Shown here one piece after another: positions 10,201 through 18,737 of a stretch of 54,708 nucleotides of DNA. The DNA is from a virus (taxonomy: Duplodnaviria > Caudoviricetes). The DNA lies in the IMG/VR virus record IMGVR_UViG_3300028178_000003, positions 1 through 54,708 of that record. One strand, 5' to 3'. The notes beneath the pieces are model-generated. The model was not told the DNA's origin and did not search any database. It was given only the letters and a program-made list of their open reading frames with translations. Made by a program: the position numbers and the translations under genes. Within the stretch, counting starts at the first letter, position 1. Each line of letters opens with the position of its first letter.

Positions 10201-13200
10201 GGGTCTGTAATCCGGTCAGCCACAAGGTGTATTTGTTTTTTGTAGTACGCGCCACGTATAGGCTGGTTACCTAACCGGCGTCGCATAACTGGCGTAAGAT
10301 CACTGTTTGATGCGTGTATCACAAGCCATTTGGGTATTTTACGAGTACCTAGGGCCTTCATTACCCCTCTGGCTACTTCGCCAGGTGTAAGGCCTGTAGT
10401 CCCAGCTTCAGCTCGGTCGGCCAATGGAATCTCACCGCGTTCGGCCATGCCTTTAAGGTTGTCACCGATCGTGAACTGATTATACGTATGCGGCAGCGTT
10501 TCCATATTGGCGCTAAGGGCTTCAGCTTCCGTTTTAAAGAGATGCGGATACTGATCTCCTACCTGGTCACGCAGCATATAGCCTTTGTCAACTTTATTGC
10601 CATCTTTATCAGTACCGACAACTTTCTCAGCTCTCCAGACGAAGTCCTTATCCGTGTTATACCGGGTACCGAGGTCTTTTTGCGTAGTCCCCAGAGTCCC
10701 ACCATACGGTACAATGCTTTTTTGTACAACGTTAGTAAGGTTCTGAGTAAGCTGGTTAACGCTTCCGCCTACATGCTGACTCCAAGCTACCCACTTACCT
10801 TCTACGTTGCGTAGTGTGCCCCACTGTTCAATTCTAGCCACTTGTGCAGGGCTCGCGGGCCATACGATCTTTGTAATACCGCGTTTTGTAGCTTCCTTAA
10901 CTACTTCTTTAAACATCACTGCGACGTAGTTATCTTTAAACGGGAATGCTGGTGGATGTTTTTCTATGGCCGAATTTACAGCGTTATACGTCTGCGCTTT
11001 TTCTTCTAACGGCTTTAAACGTGTCATGATCTCGTCTATTTGGTTAGGCGTATAAAAATGTGCGAGTTGTCTACGCAGGTCTCTTTTAACTTGGTCAACG
11101 TTCTTTGAATACATAACGCCGCCTTTGAAGTTAGCAATAGCTTGGTCAAGGGCTTTAGCTGGATCTTTTAATGTCTCAGGACCTGTACCGTCGTATATTT
11201 CAGACAGATGATCTAGAGCTTTAGCCATTTCAACACTTAACTCATTATAAGCTTTAGTAACTTCAGCCAGCAGCCCTTGTTTAGCATAACCACCAGATCT
11301 ATGAGCCGCGTTATGTAAATCAGATTGAATTTCATTGATAAAGAGTTCACCAGTTGGTAATACAACACAGCGGGCCCAAGCTACTTGATTTTTGGTATCC
11401 CAATGACCTGTTGTATATACCTTCAGGTCTTTACCGTGCTTAGGTATACTTAACTCAATGTTAAACATCTCTTTCGCATTGTTCATTGGGACAACAGAAT
11501 AGCCGCTGTACTCAAAGTCGTTTACCTCGTCCTGATAATCTCGGGCATACTCATCTCGGTCATACCCACCTGACCAAAACTCGGCTGCGTACTCTATCCT
11601 CTTTAGTTCTAGCAATTGTTGCTGTATACGTTCTAACTCAGACCGTTGAGCGTCAGCTGAAAAGTATTCACGGAATCGCGCATATGTCCCAGTAGTTCCT
11701 CCAGCGAGGTTATCTAAAAAAAGGTCAATGGAGCTTCTTTCAAAGTTCCGCATAAGTCTATCGCGTGTTGTAAGATCAACATTTGGTGCTTCGCCTATAA
11801 TTAATAAAGCTCGTTTGCGGAGTTCCTCTTGAGCGTTGGTATCCCCGCCCATAAGAGTGGCAATAGATTCATCGGGGTATTCACGCAACGCTTCTGCTAC
11901 CTTCTTAGCTGCATTGCCTTTTTCAGTATCTGGTATTTCACCAGCGTCGTATGCGGCTAATAATTTGACTTCTAAATCCGGCGTACCACCATCAAACATC
12001 CAACTCTCATACGGTATTACAGAGTCGGACTCTTGGCCTTCTTTTTTATTAGACGTAACTTTGACGTCAAGCTGACTCTTGAGGCCATGTTCACTTAGGT
12101 AATCGAGGATTTCGTCTTGTGTTACGTTTTCACTGGGTTTACCTTCAAGCCATTCACGTAAGTCTGACCAGAAGAGTTCTTCTTTAACAGCAGAAGGCAT
12201 AGAGCCTTTAAGCCACCCGTCGATAGACCGAATCCAGTTCTCAGATGTTGGGAGCTTGTTCTGCGGGCCCTTCTTCATAATGTACTCGGTCTCAAAGCGC
12301 GAGGTGGCCTCAATCAAGTCTGGTACAACTACATCAGCGTATGTGGACTCGATATCATCGATTTCGTCATCGTCAAGAGGCGTATCAGACAACGGGCCAG
12401 AGAGTTCCCATACACTCGTAGCCGATTCCCAGCGATCTTTGCTATCTTCAATAAGACCGCGTTTCTCTAATGCTCTGAGCGTAGATGACGGCACTTTAGG
12501 TACTGCGGTGCCAATATTCTCGCCATTTGCGATACGGATTAAGACAGCCCTCTGTTTATCGTTAATACCGTCTATGAGGTTTATTGCCTTAGTAAAGTGC
12601 ACAGCCCGCGGTGATAAAGGCGCTACAGGAGGCGTCTCTTTCTTCTTGTTCTTCCGCTCGCCTGGGATCTTCTCTTCATTGCCCTTAAGAGCCTCTCTGG
12701 CCGCTTTGGCTTCAGCCTCAACTTCTTCGTCCTTGGCCTTTGCAATTTTGTCTACCAAGTAATGTTTGGCTTTGTCTTTTAACTCACGGACGATCTGCGA
12801 GTTAGTTCGTGCTTTCAGTTCACCTTTGGTGTCTTTTACTGTCAGGGGCACGTCAAAGACTTTCGCAAGACGGCGTAACTTGGTAGCGTCTTCCTCGAGC
12901 ATAGACAAGGTGGTTACTTCCGCAATTGCCTTACTCGTTGTTTCGTCTACAGCTTTTTCCTCGGCTAGTTGGGCTTTGGCTTTTTCAACTTTGGCGTTGG
13001 GTTTTACTTCTTTTTTGGGCTTGATGGCTTCAATCTTAGTGTTACCATTTGCAAGCCATTCTTTAAACGCGGACATAGGCATTTCAACAATAGATCCAGC
13101 ACCTTTCCAGCCTTTCTCGTAATTGGAATTGTATGCTGTTCTTGCATCATTTCCCGAGTTAAAACCAAGCATTACTTTGTGCTCGTCAAACTTCTTTGTT

Positions 13201-16061
13201 TCTGGGTCATTTTGATTTACTACAAACACCTTCTCAGAAGCCAGGTTAGTGCCAATAAAAGTGTCAATGTGGTCCTTATCCTTACCAACGGTACCCTTTA
13301 TATATCCGTAATGATGTTTAACGGTGGTAGACCATTCTTTGCCGCTTTTAGACACGCCTTTACGCTCTGAGCCAACAGGATTTTCAATTGAGATATCAAG
13401 ACCTTGAAGGTTAATATGCCCCTTTTTATAGTTACCCGCTTCCTTCTGCGCTGGTGTAGGTTCTGGTATTTTATTCAACGGTGATGTAGCTGCCTCGTGT
13501 GCTGCGGCATCAATTGTGGCTTGCGCTGCACGCAGTTTCGTGATGAGAGACTTATGGTTTACCGTACCGTCGGCATTAAGGGGTAATTCTATTTTACGGT
13601 CTTTGGCAAGTTGTTCTAACTCTTCCTTAGACGCCCACCCAAGGCCTGTTTTGGGTTTTGCTGCTGCTACTGCTTTTGCCTCTTCCTGAGCTATAAACTC
13701 TTCAGCTTCATCCGGCGTAAGACTATGCGCTTCAGGAACAGGCTCTGCGGCTTTAAGTTCCTTAGCTGCGGCCTCAAGGTCATCAGCAGTAGTATTTTCA
13801 GCTGCGTCGTACTTGTCTAATGATTTAGTATCGGTGGTAATTTCAGGTTCCGCGTGTAAAGCGTTAATCTCCATTTGTGCGGCGATCTTTTCGCGTAGTT
13901 CCTTAGCCCGGAAGTAAAAGGGTTTGTCATCCTTGGTATAGCCTTTAATAGGCTCAACACCGATACTTTTCGCGAAAGCCTGAATCTCAGCCGGTTTTGA
14001 CTTATCATCAATAAGTTTATACGCCTTTACATTCAACTCATGCTGTGCCTGAGTAATACCTTCTTTCGGCTGAATGTTATTTGTACTCTCAGGTGCAAGT
14101 GCTTTAGCTGCATGATCCAGGAAAGTCGGCATACTGAAGTCTTGCTGAGTACGATGCGTATTTGCATACGCATAAGCAGCATTACCATACTTTTTTGCGA
14201 AGGTTTTAGCGTCCCCACCGGTGCGTAAAGTTTCAACGTCAGACAAGATATCTGCAGCGGTCATACCACCTTCAACGTTTATCTTACCGGTCTCAGGTTT
14301 CTCAGTGTCGTCAAGCGTTACAGTCCGTGAAAGAGAATCTTTGATCGCTTGAGCCGCGTCACGGCGTTTTGTGGCTTCTGTTAACTGAGTCTGAACCTCA
14401 ACGAGCTGAGTTGCTATAGCTTCGCGGCGTTCAGCGTTTATTGGCCGACCAGCGTCATCCTGTATATCAATTTGTTCAAGTTCACGTTCAAGGGGATTTA
14501 TTTTAGCAGAAATAACCTGTACTTCTTTATTCCACTGGGTAACGTCTTTAACAGCGCCGACTTCCCGCACAATCACAGGACGAATCGCATCGAGCACGTC
14601 AGAGTCTACACGTTTCTCGATCGTGGACAATGCACCTTTCTTCATCGCCTCTGTAGGCATCGTGTCAATTTCAATTTTTTCAGTACCAAGGGCTTTCTCA
14701 TAAAATTTTCGTGCTTTCATAATATACGGTATGTCGGCATCAGTAAGACCAACTGCAGACAGAGCTTCAGGCGTAGGTGCTTTATCTTCTTTGGCCAGAG
14801 AGAGTATGGTCAAGGCTTTCGCCTCATTGGACGCGTCCTCTCTGGCCACGTTCTTCTGGTAATATGAGTCGTCGTCAAATAGGATAGGTTTACCTACACT
14901 ATGTAACTTCACGGCCTGTTCGGTAAAGAGTTTTGCGAGTTCTGGGTCGGCTTCATTAATACCATGTGCAGTCTCAGCAATAGCTCTGTGTACTGCTTTG
15001 GTCGGTGCGTCTGGGTTAAGTAGGGTCTTACGTACATCAGATGCATGCTTAACACCATATGGGATACCAAAGGCATTGAAGACTAAAGTCATCATAAGTG
15101 CTGACTTTGCGGCATCAACCATATCAGTAGTTGTGTCTTGGGTAGGATTAAGACCTACTGACTTATCTGACCATGCTTGAATAGCAGTATTTGCAGCCTC
15201 GCCTCCAGACTCTACAAGACCAGTCACAAAGAAATCTTTTGCAATTTCGCCAAGAGACTTACCTGCGACCACTGACTTAATAATGCCACCAAGGCCCTCC
15301 TTGACAGCATTCTTAACTGGTGTACCGAGACCTTTAAAGACAAGTCCACTGATAGCATCTTGCGCCCACTCAGTGACCACCTCAGCTGCACCCGATATGT
15401 TGGCTTGACGGATGTTGTCTTCCTTACTGAGTCCTGCTGCTTCACCTTCGCGTAACTTTTGTTCTGTAGTCGCACCATAGAAGAGAGGTATCATTGCAGC
15501 AGTGCCCGCCGCAACACCAGCGAGGGGATTACCACCCGTTGCTATAGACGCTACTGCACCTACTGCGAAGGGCGCTAAGGACATTGGCGTAGACTCACCA
15601 GAACTACTTGCTGCACGTTGCCATGACCCAGGTACATCTGCTGCCTTAGAAGACTCCCATCCAGGCATCTTCTTCTTCATGTCCGTGCCAAAAGCCTCAA
15701 TACCTTTACCTACTGTACTGAGTATAGTAGGCGCTTCGCCCTCAGCAGTAATTGCTCGGTCCGCGAGTTGAAGACTCTGTCCAGCGGCCTCAGGAAGACC
15801 CTGCATAACACCGCGTCCAACACCACGACCAAATTCACGAATGAGGCCTATAGGTTTATCTTTTGTGGCCTGTACTTCTCTTTGGTAATTATCTTCTTCG
15901 ACTTGATTTGGGACTACTGCAGTTTTGAGCCAGTCTTCGTAGGGAGTATTAGCAAATTGAGAACTCGCATGAACTTCTCTCGCAACTTTGTCAAGGGGGG
16001 TATCAGGACCGTAATAGCCCTTGTTTTCGTCAAATTCTTTTCTAATATCAAGTAAGCCCAT
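4215..16061 (-). CDS. Giant (3948 aa) polyvalent protein, probably virion-packaged and injected
   Basis: InPase-like domain (AQKEAGNYKKGH...YGYIKGTVGKDKDHID...FDEHKVMLGF, about 13050-13470), HEGGH zincin motif (10158-10172), GNAT motif (FVDPNDRRQGIG, about 7450), two copies of a domain with INE(I/V)QSDLHN, helical C-terminal region. Confidence 0.85.
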   Translation of the reverse strand: MGLLDIRKEFDENKGYYGPDTPLDKVAREVHASSQFANTPYEDWLKTAVVPNQVEEDNYQREVQATKDKPIGLIREFGRGVGRGVMQGLPEAAGQSLQLADRAITAEGEAPTILSTVGKGIEAFGTDMKKKMPGWESSKAADVPGSWQRAASSSGESTPMSLAPFAVGAVASIATGGNPLAGVAAGTAAMIPLFYGATTEQKLREGEAAGLSKEDNIRQANISGAAEVVTEWAQDAISGLVFKGLGTPVKNAVKEGLGGIIKSVVAGKSLGEIAKDFFVTGLVESGGEAANTAIQAWSDKSVGLNPTQDTTTDMVDAAKSALMMTLVFNAFGIPYGVKHASDVRKTLLNPDAPTKAVHRAIAETAHGINEADPELAKLFTEQAVKLHSVGKPILFDDDSYYQKNVAREDASNEAKALTILSLAKEDKAPTPEALSAVGLTDADIPYIMKARKFYEKALGTEKIEIDTMPTEAMKKGALSTIEKRVDSDVLDAIRPVIVREVGAVKDVTQWNKEVQVISAKINPLERELEQIDIQDDAGRPINAERREAIATQLVEVQTQLTEATKRRDAAQAIKDSLSRTVTLDDTEKPETGKINVEGGMTAADILSDVETLRTGGDAKTFAKKYGNAAYAYANTHRTQQDFSMPTFLDHAAKALAPESTNNIQPKEGITQAQHELNVKAYKLIDDKSKPAEIQAFAKSIGVEPIKGYTKDDKPFYFRAKELREKIAAQMEINALHAEPEITTDTKSLDKYDAAENTTADDLEAAAKELKAAEPVPEAHSLTPDEAEEFIAQEEAKAVAAAKPKTGLGWASKEELEQLAKDRKIELPLNADGTVNHKSLITKLRAAQATIDAAAHEAATSPLNKIPEPTPAQKEAGNYKKGHINLQGLDISIENPVGSERKGVSKSGKEWSTTVKHHYGYIKGTVGKDKDHIDTFIGTNLASEKVFVVNQNDPETKKFDEHKVMLGFNSGNDARTAYNSNYEKGWKGAGSIVEMPMSAFKEWLANGNTKIEAIKPKKEVKPNAKVEKAKAQLAEEKAVDETTSKAIAEVTTLSMLEEDATKLRRLAKVFDVPLTVKDTKGELKARTNSQIVRELKDKAKHYLVDKIAKAKDEEVEAEAKAAREALKGNEEKIPGERKNKKKETPPVAPLSPRAVHFTKAINLIDGINDKQRAVLIRIANGENIGTAVPKVPSSTLRALEKRGLIEDSKDRWESATSVWELSGPLSDTPLDDDEIDDIESTYADVVVPDLIEATSRFETEYIMKKGPQNKLPTSENWIRSIDGWLKGSMPSAVKEELFWSDLREWLEGKPSENVTQDEILDYLSEHGLKSQLDVKVTSNKKEGQESDSVIPYESWMFDGGTPDLEVKLLAAYDAGEIPDTEKGNAAKKVAEALREYPDESIATLMGGDTNAQEELRKRALLIIGEAPNVDLTTRDRLMRNFERSSIDLFLDNLAGGTTGTYARFREYFSADAQRSELERIQQQLLELKRIEYAAEFWSGGYDRDEYARDYQDEVNDFEYSGYSVVPMNNAKEMFNIELSIPKHGKDLKVYTTGHWDTKNQVAWARCVVLPTGELFINEIQSDLHNAAHRSGGYAKQGLLAEVTKAYNELSVEMAKALDHLSEIYDGTGPETLKDPAKALDQAIANFKGGVMYSKNVDQVKRDLRRQLAHFYTPNQIDEIMTRLKPLEEKAQTYNAVNSAIEKHPPAFPFKDNYVAVMFKEVVKEATKRGITKIVWPASPAQVARIEQWGTLRNVEGKWVAWSQHVGGSVNQLTQNLTNVVQKSIVPYGGTLGTTQKDLGTRYNTDKDFVWRAEKVVGTDKDGNKVDKGYMLRDQVGDQYPHLFKTEAEALSANMETLPHTYNQFTIGDNLKGMAERGEIPLADRAEAGTTGLTPGEVARGVMKALGTRKIPKWLVIHASNSDLTPVMRRRLGNQPIRGAYYKKQIHLVADRITDPIDAIRGILTHEGGHMLLRADTVWRKQWENIYDLLTDEKSLSEMDKTLLDRIYKEVRLGHAKVWEAQGLSDLERRGMYKEEVMMKYLQLVSQDGLTHQERQAKYSLWTRIWKAVSAFLFRNFGVSMKTLRFEAKDVADMLMADLRKAVEKPLIHKVESIHAYTDRISASSRLETEYVMKKGPQNKFPMAENWIKSVDGWLKGSMPAAIREEVFWSGLREWLVQKQGDNVTQTEVLDFLNENSLKNDLDVKVTSSKVEFKNVEGKSTAPWAYSADDEAGSRQRLIAAATAGSIPHDTNANKAANKAAAVLKTYQDSTFSQWLNEDAESINPAFMALFDTIDKLKYLDLQERDVLRDTLHGNIPIIEDYDSSKYIRQLKETFTGTTLPGISRFIKELDSSAKLSKAIRFGGSMYTNFIHSARAIREYVNATFTGAERAAVPWSQYSIIPAHQAQETFNVELSLPKGIGDSDYRAVHFSKTKNQIAWARCAVLPTGEVFINEVQSDLHNQGKKHGYTSLEAIADFRKYQAEYTSKKAEIWSRPEFAEPISAYESARNNVRTEIKQYIADNHGKQKGKANARIRAYIDSYLNSMKFKKPTTTATEPIRKLQEIIPGIDIEKVRGMMEKMRPSAVSYNTAIHNRYLAKRTLSRPYLTVIPELPFKDNYVPTIFKEVVKEAVKRGINTVVWPMSPIQVAKIENWGAKLHYSDGKWIIGGSTYKVGGSVRQLTEVLTNATKKNIVPYGGTLGSVEIPGMSPALNYGFNMPFISEVKGGYIIEYTSDTAWNRAETNARDAWENDGNSADDFEFDDANIDPDSTIAHIFKTEAEAEKALEDIEETGSADFANTYHQFVIGDKLKDMAERGEIPIADFAETEPHGLSTEKGKSYKITRESSDLDFEEVKLGVVIHSMFVDPNDRRQGIGESMMREVMDAYDRPIYLAVVSPEMNKMAEKLGFELLSGRGQPTEGLNIPEAVNYKTADVWVHRPEIMPDLVDTMGRRPETREEAEYAAHLDKLAAADTIAQRAKNIQTKQLAQLTSQIMNTVQAEQERLNFGKPKKGIKGYTRTIDTQTTNIFTRMFSLPEYYMRRDSSAEKVLEWAQKQGEIKHVTEGMVVGNTFIPLLEGMKKTDPRSYKAGMNYLLDADKTGIGYSVRLVKDRWHVMSPIGKSILDYAKESDAVTAMTAEEQKSLKARGFSEKAMAMVKECRDLTNRGFDVIVDDMRRQIKLARDNGITETTAVHTVGGKDVAVKLSEAIAIVGDLRGTYFPRERPQKNYVLTAQKENALGKKVLIPIDLYLPANELDSALKAGIKGFINQKLPVAAEVKKLMAQGFKESEISINPVKAATETIYDTPGLLTATDSLVSAALENVDRKDMSEAEQKLLEAIYAKINYNIGNIYKAKGSFSSRLKRSESHWEGYETDPLKALTAYAQKIAAGVARRTVARGMLEAFTGRDVSFADFQKSNPGTKYKDYRAEVKRKAISAVNQKNLYDDTRLYMNHVLRPDNAVERAVGYLKGLTVLKYLGFRVSSVAVNATNMAFAAPATIAAHTGMSITKSWGEITSAAAKYAKYRASILEGSNVISKGFKEHLGKLPLAKQDYDIFTYITERGWDEAQFNQDTVRVLQTTANETWNNTMASAMFMFGAVEKANRATTIFAATKAHMKMNKSLTMEEALQKAYHTSNRAHGEYGKGAKPWIVQKVRLLDMPYTFFKFQQNYMLNMLELGIKYNKWGTSVPYMLMSPAILAGAGASLVMPIVAAAIKAMGGGDDPEEAFYTWAEEAFGSDAFARHGFAGLIGINLKGSLEITNPMPDLSKGWLGAMGAPGGVFLDIMSSIDSFMDGQWEKGLEKLLPTAVGSIVKGYREWDEGVTDKVYKPIFYGSDKLKGSPTDFALRVLAFNPGSISGVRQKQWRENQVRLEYQKERAGILEGFNHALVNINNTNNTDFADLYRRITEYNNDVSGADPKYQVPYITSKWLVSSLKRSQKPDKYEKQRPPAGV

Positions 16062-16147
16062 TTTATATCCTTTCCTAGATAATCTAGGCTATCTAATTAG
16101 CCGTTTAAGGCTATTTTAAGCTTGTACCTTTATAAAAGTATAAGCTC

Positions 16148-16189
16148 TTTACTCTTTTTGAAGACGAACAGTTACATCGTTTGGTGTAA
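16148..16189 (+). repeat. 42-bp dispersed element, copy 2
   Basis: TTTACTCTTTTTGAAGACGAACAGTTACATCGTTTGGTGTAA; similarity to copy 1 extends about 60 bp further (TTTAAGGCTA.TTTTAAG). Confidence 0.8.
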
Positions 16190-17509
16190 TTATTGGCCGT
16201 AATTTGGCATCAACGGATTTGTTGATTTTTTAGGTTTATTAAGATCTTTAAACCAATCAATAACACCTGCGGCTAGTTTAGGTACACCAGAACCATGTTT
16301 TTCTTGGGCTAGTTTATTCAGGTACCCTGAAATACCAAATTCTGAGGGCCGGTCAAAATAACTATAATTTCGAGTATCATTTGCTACAACATCTGCCGCG
16401 GTAGGTTGTGCAATTTCAGGTACGGTTGTTGCTGGTTCAGGTATACCAGGAACTATATTTACTGCGGGTATAGCCGACGGTGTATACGCCTCATCGGTGT
16501 TAATAATAGGAGCTAACGGTGAAGCATATTCACCAGGGTGTTTTTCAAGAAAACGTACTATTCTTCCTGCCCAATCACCAAACATTTTATTAGACGCCGA
16601 TGCTGGTGCTGAGGCCGGTGCTGAAGCTGGTGCTGAGACTGAGGCTGGTGCTGGTGCTGATTCAGTCATGTCAGGAGTTGTATTTACCGCGGGAACACGA
16701 GTTCGTGCGGCCCCTGCGTTAGCAAAAAATGTAGTACCGTCTGGTTGTTTAAACCGCGCGATCTGGTCATTTATTATTCCAGGTTGATTACCTTGGTATA
16801 CCATACCTGGACTTTTTGCATCAGCATACTGTTGCCACTGATTCTCAGTTAACGCTGTTGATACGTTTTTATGCCCAGGTACTAAAGTTTGTCGTTGTGC
16901 ACGTTCTTCAGGTGTTTCACCTGGTAATGCATAACCTACACTGCCTTTTGCAGCATTCTGTTCAGTTACTGACGGAGAAGTATTTTTAACTATGAGGCCA
17001 GTAACAGGGTCTCTTTGTACAGCGCCTCGTCCGGTAATACTTTTTAATACCTCTCGGTGTATATCGCCATATGGTTTAGGTTGTTGTCCTGGTATTACAG
17101 TCTGTTTTTCGTATATAGCTGCAGCTAATTTTGCAGCTTCAAGTTCATCTGAATTCTTTCCTCGCCGTCCGCCTAAAGAAGACCCAGACCCGTCACCGCC
17201 TGCTCGGATGTCTGCAACTTGGAGTGCTGTACGGTTCTTTTCGTCAGCAAGATTATAATCTCTTTGTTCTTTCGCTTGTAGGGCTTGCTGGTTTGAGACA
17301 ATTTTATTTTCACCTAACCGTACGAGGCCACGTTGTTTTTCACGTTCAGCAATATCTTTATCACGTATATCATTCCGCTGATCTTGATACATACGTTCTT
17401 GGTTATTTTTGAATCCTACTGAGCCAAAAGCATCTATACCACGGGCTTTTTGGCTTTGTTCAGCCATATCTGCTACTTTACTAATGAGTCTTTCAAAATC
17501 TGTAGGCAT
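16190..17509 (-). CDS. Putative internal virion/ejection protein
   Basis: 439 aa, low complexity with an (A/S)PASA repeat, directly upstream of the giant gene. Confidence 0.55.
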   Translation of the reverse strand: MPTDFERLISKVADMAEQSQKARGIDAFGSVGFKNNQERMYQDQRNDIRDKDIAEREKQRGLVRLGENKIVSNQQALQAKEQRDYNLADEKNRTALQVADIRAGGDGSGSSLGGRRGKNSDELEAAKLAAAIYEKQTVIPGQQPKPYGDIHREVLKSITGRGAVQRDPVTGLIVKNTSPSVTEQNAAKGSVGYALPGETPEERAQRQTLVPGHKNVSTALTENQWQQYADAKSPGMVYQGNQPGIINDQIARFKQPDGTTFFANAGAARTRVPAVNTTPDMTESAPAPASVSAPASAPASAPASASNKMFGDWAGRIVRFLEKHPGEYASPLAPIINTDEAYTPSAIPAVNIVPGIPEPATTVPEIAQPTAADVVANDTRNYSYFDRPSEFGISGYLNKLAQEKHGSGVPKLAAGVIDWFKDLNKPKKSTNPLMPNYGQ

Positions 17510-17510
17510 A

Positions 17511-18737
17511 TTACATTTCCTTATAAAAGGTTATCGGCAGTATCACAAACTCAAGTGAAACCTGACTCTTTACTGGGTGCGCTCCATCCCGCTGGTCTTT
17601 CCAGGAAAATGATCTTGTGGCCTTTGCCGATGTTGTCCAACGTTTCAAAACCGCTACCCGGTCGTCAACTTCATACCGCCTGAAATCAGAGGCATAAGCA
17701 ATGAACTCAATCCCGTTCACCTTAACCCAGTATTCGTCGCCTATACCGTTGTCAATCCGTACAGCCTCAAGCGTCACCATCGTTATAACACCACTGGTCA
17801 GGTTCTGCGTCTCCACCCAGTTGCCTGCATAGAGGAGCGGGGTAGATTCCTGAAACCACCAGATATGCGGGGGACACGAAAGTGGTTTGATAAGTATACC
17901 AATGAATTCCCCGGGTACTGGATATTTGTCGGTTTTTTTAATCCATAACCGCGTCCAGGATTTTGGCTTGACGTTCTGCGTGTAATCTCTTTCGCTGATG
18001 GGACTGGCCATGATCTCAACAACTGGCTTAACTTGATCGGGAATAAGGTATCCGTGATCCACCAGGTATTTCCCGAACGACCGGTTCTCTCCGGCGTGTT
18101 CCATCGGCGGGAACATTTGGGGATCGTCGATGATGACCGGCTTTTCATCATCTTCCAGGCTAAAATCTTCAGCTTCCAACTCAGTTTCTTGAAACACCGA
18201 GATAACTTCCATAATACCGAGTTGCCCGACCGGGAAAGTAACGTGCCCAATAAATTCTTCCTTGCTGTACCCACTTGGCCCATCTGAGTCATAATCAAAT
18301 CCCGTTCCTTTCTGACACATTTCAAATGGCATTACCTGAATAAAATAAGCGCCCTCATTCTTCCAGTTGTCCTTGTAAGACGAGATCGTATATTCATAAG
18401 TCGCATCGTTTCTTAAATCAGACGCGGTCATTGCCTTCATGGGTTTTAACCCATTGAGATAGTCATCAAGAAACTTCAAATTCTCGTTGACATAGACCCC
18501 GGAATCCGTTCCAGGATCAATATGATGAACAAGATTCACGTCATTGGATAAATACCAAAGGTCATATGCCAATGGCGCTGACATGCGAATCGGCTTATCT
18601 CCAGAGTGAAAAAAATCTCCTGGTTCAAGCGTTCTTCTTGCTCCGGATTTTTCAAGGAGGCCAGCCATCCGTCCTAAAAGCTGCCCGGTCCCCTGTACAC
18701 CTTTTAAAGCATTTATGAGATTTTCAAATTCGCTCAA
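17511..18737 (-). CDS. Hypothetical virion protein
   Basis: 408-aa ORF abutting its neighbours in the structural operon. Confidence 0.7.
   Translation of the reverse strand: MSEFENLINALKGVQGTGQLLGRMAGLLEKSGARRTLEPGDFFHSGDKPIRMSAPLAYDLWYLSNDVNLVHHIDPGTDSGVYVNENLKFLDDYLNGLKPMKAMTASDLRNDATYEYTISSYKDNWKNEGAYFIQVMPFEMCQKGTGFDYDSDGPSGYSKEEFIGHVTFPVGQLGIMEVISVFQETELEAEDFSLEDDEKPVIIDDPQMFPPMEHAGENRSFGKYLVDHGYLIPDQVKPVVEIMASPISERDYTQNVKPKSWTRLWIKKTDKYPVPGEFIGILIKPLSCPPHIWWFQESTPLLYAGNWVETQNLTSGVITMVTLEAVRIDNGIGDEYWVKVNGIEFIAYASDFRRYEVDDRVAVLKRWTTSAKATRSFSWKDQRDGAHPVKSQVSLEFVILPITFYKEM

Noticed and set aside
4215-16061. N4-type virion RNA polymerase or DarB methylase-helicase
   Set aside because: The size and N4-like capsid suggested it, but I could not find RNA polymerase motifs, NPP(Y/F) methylase motifs or SF2 helicase motifs.
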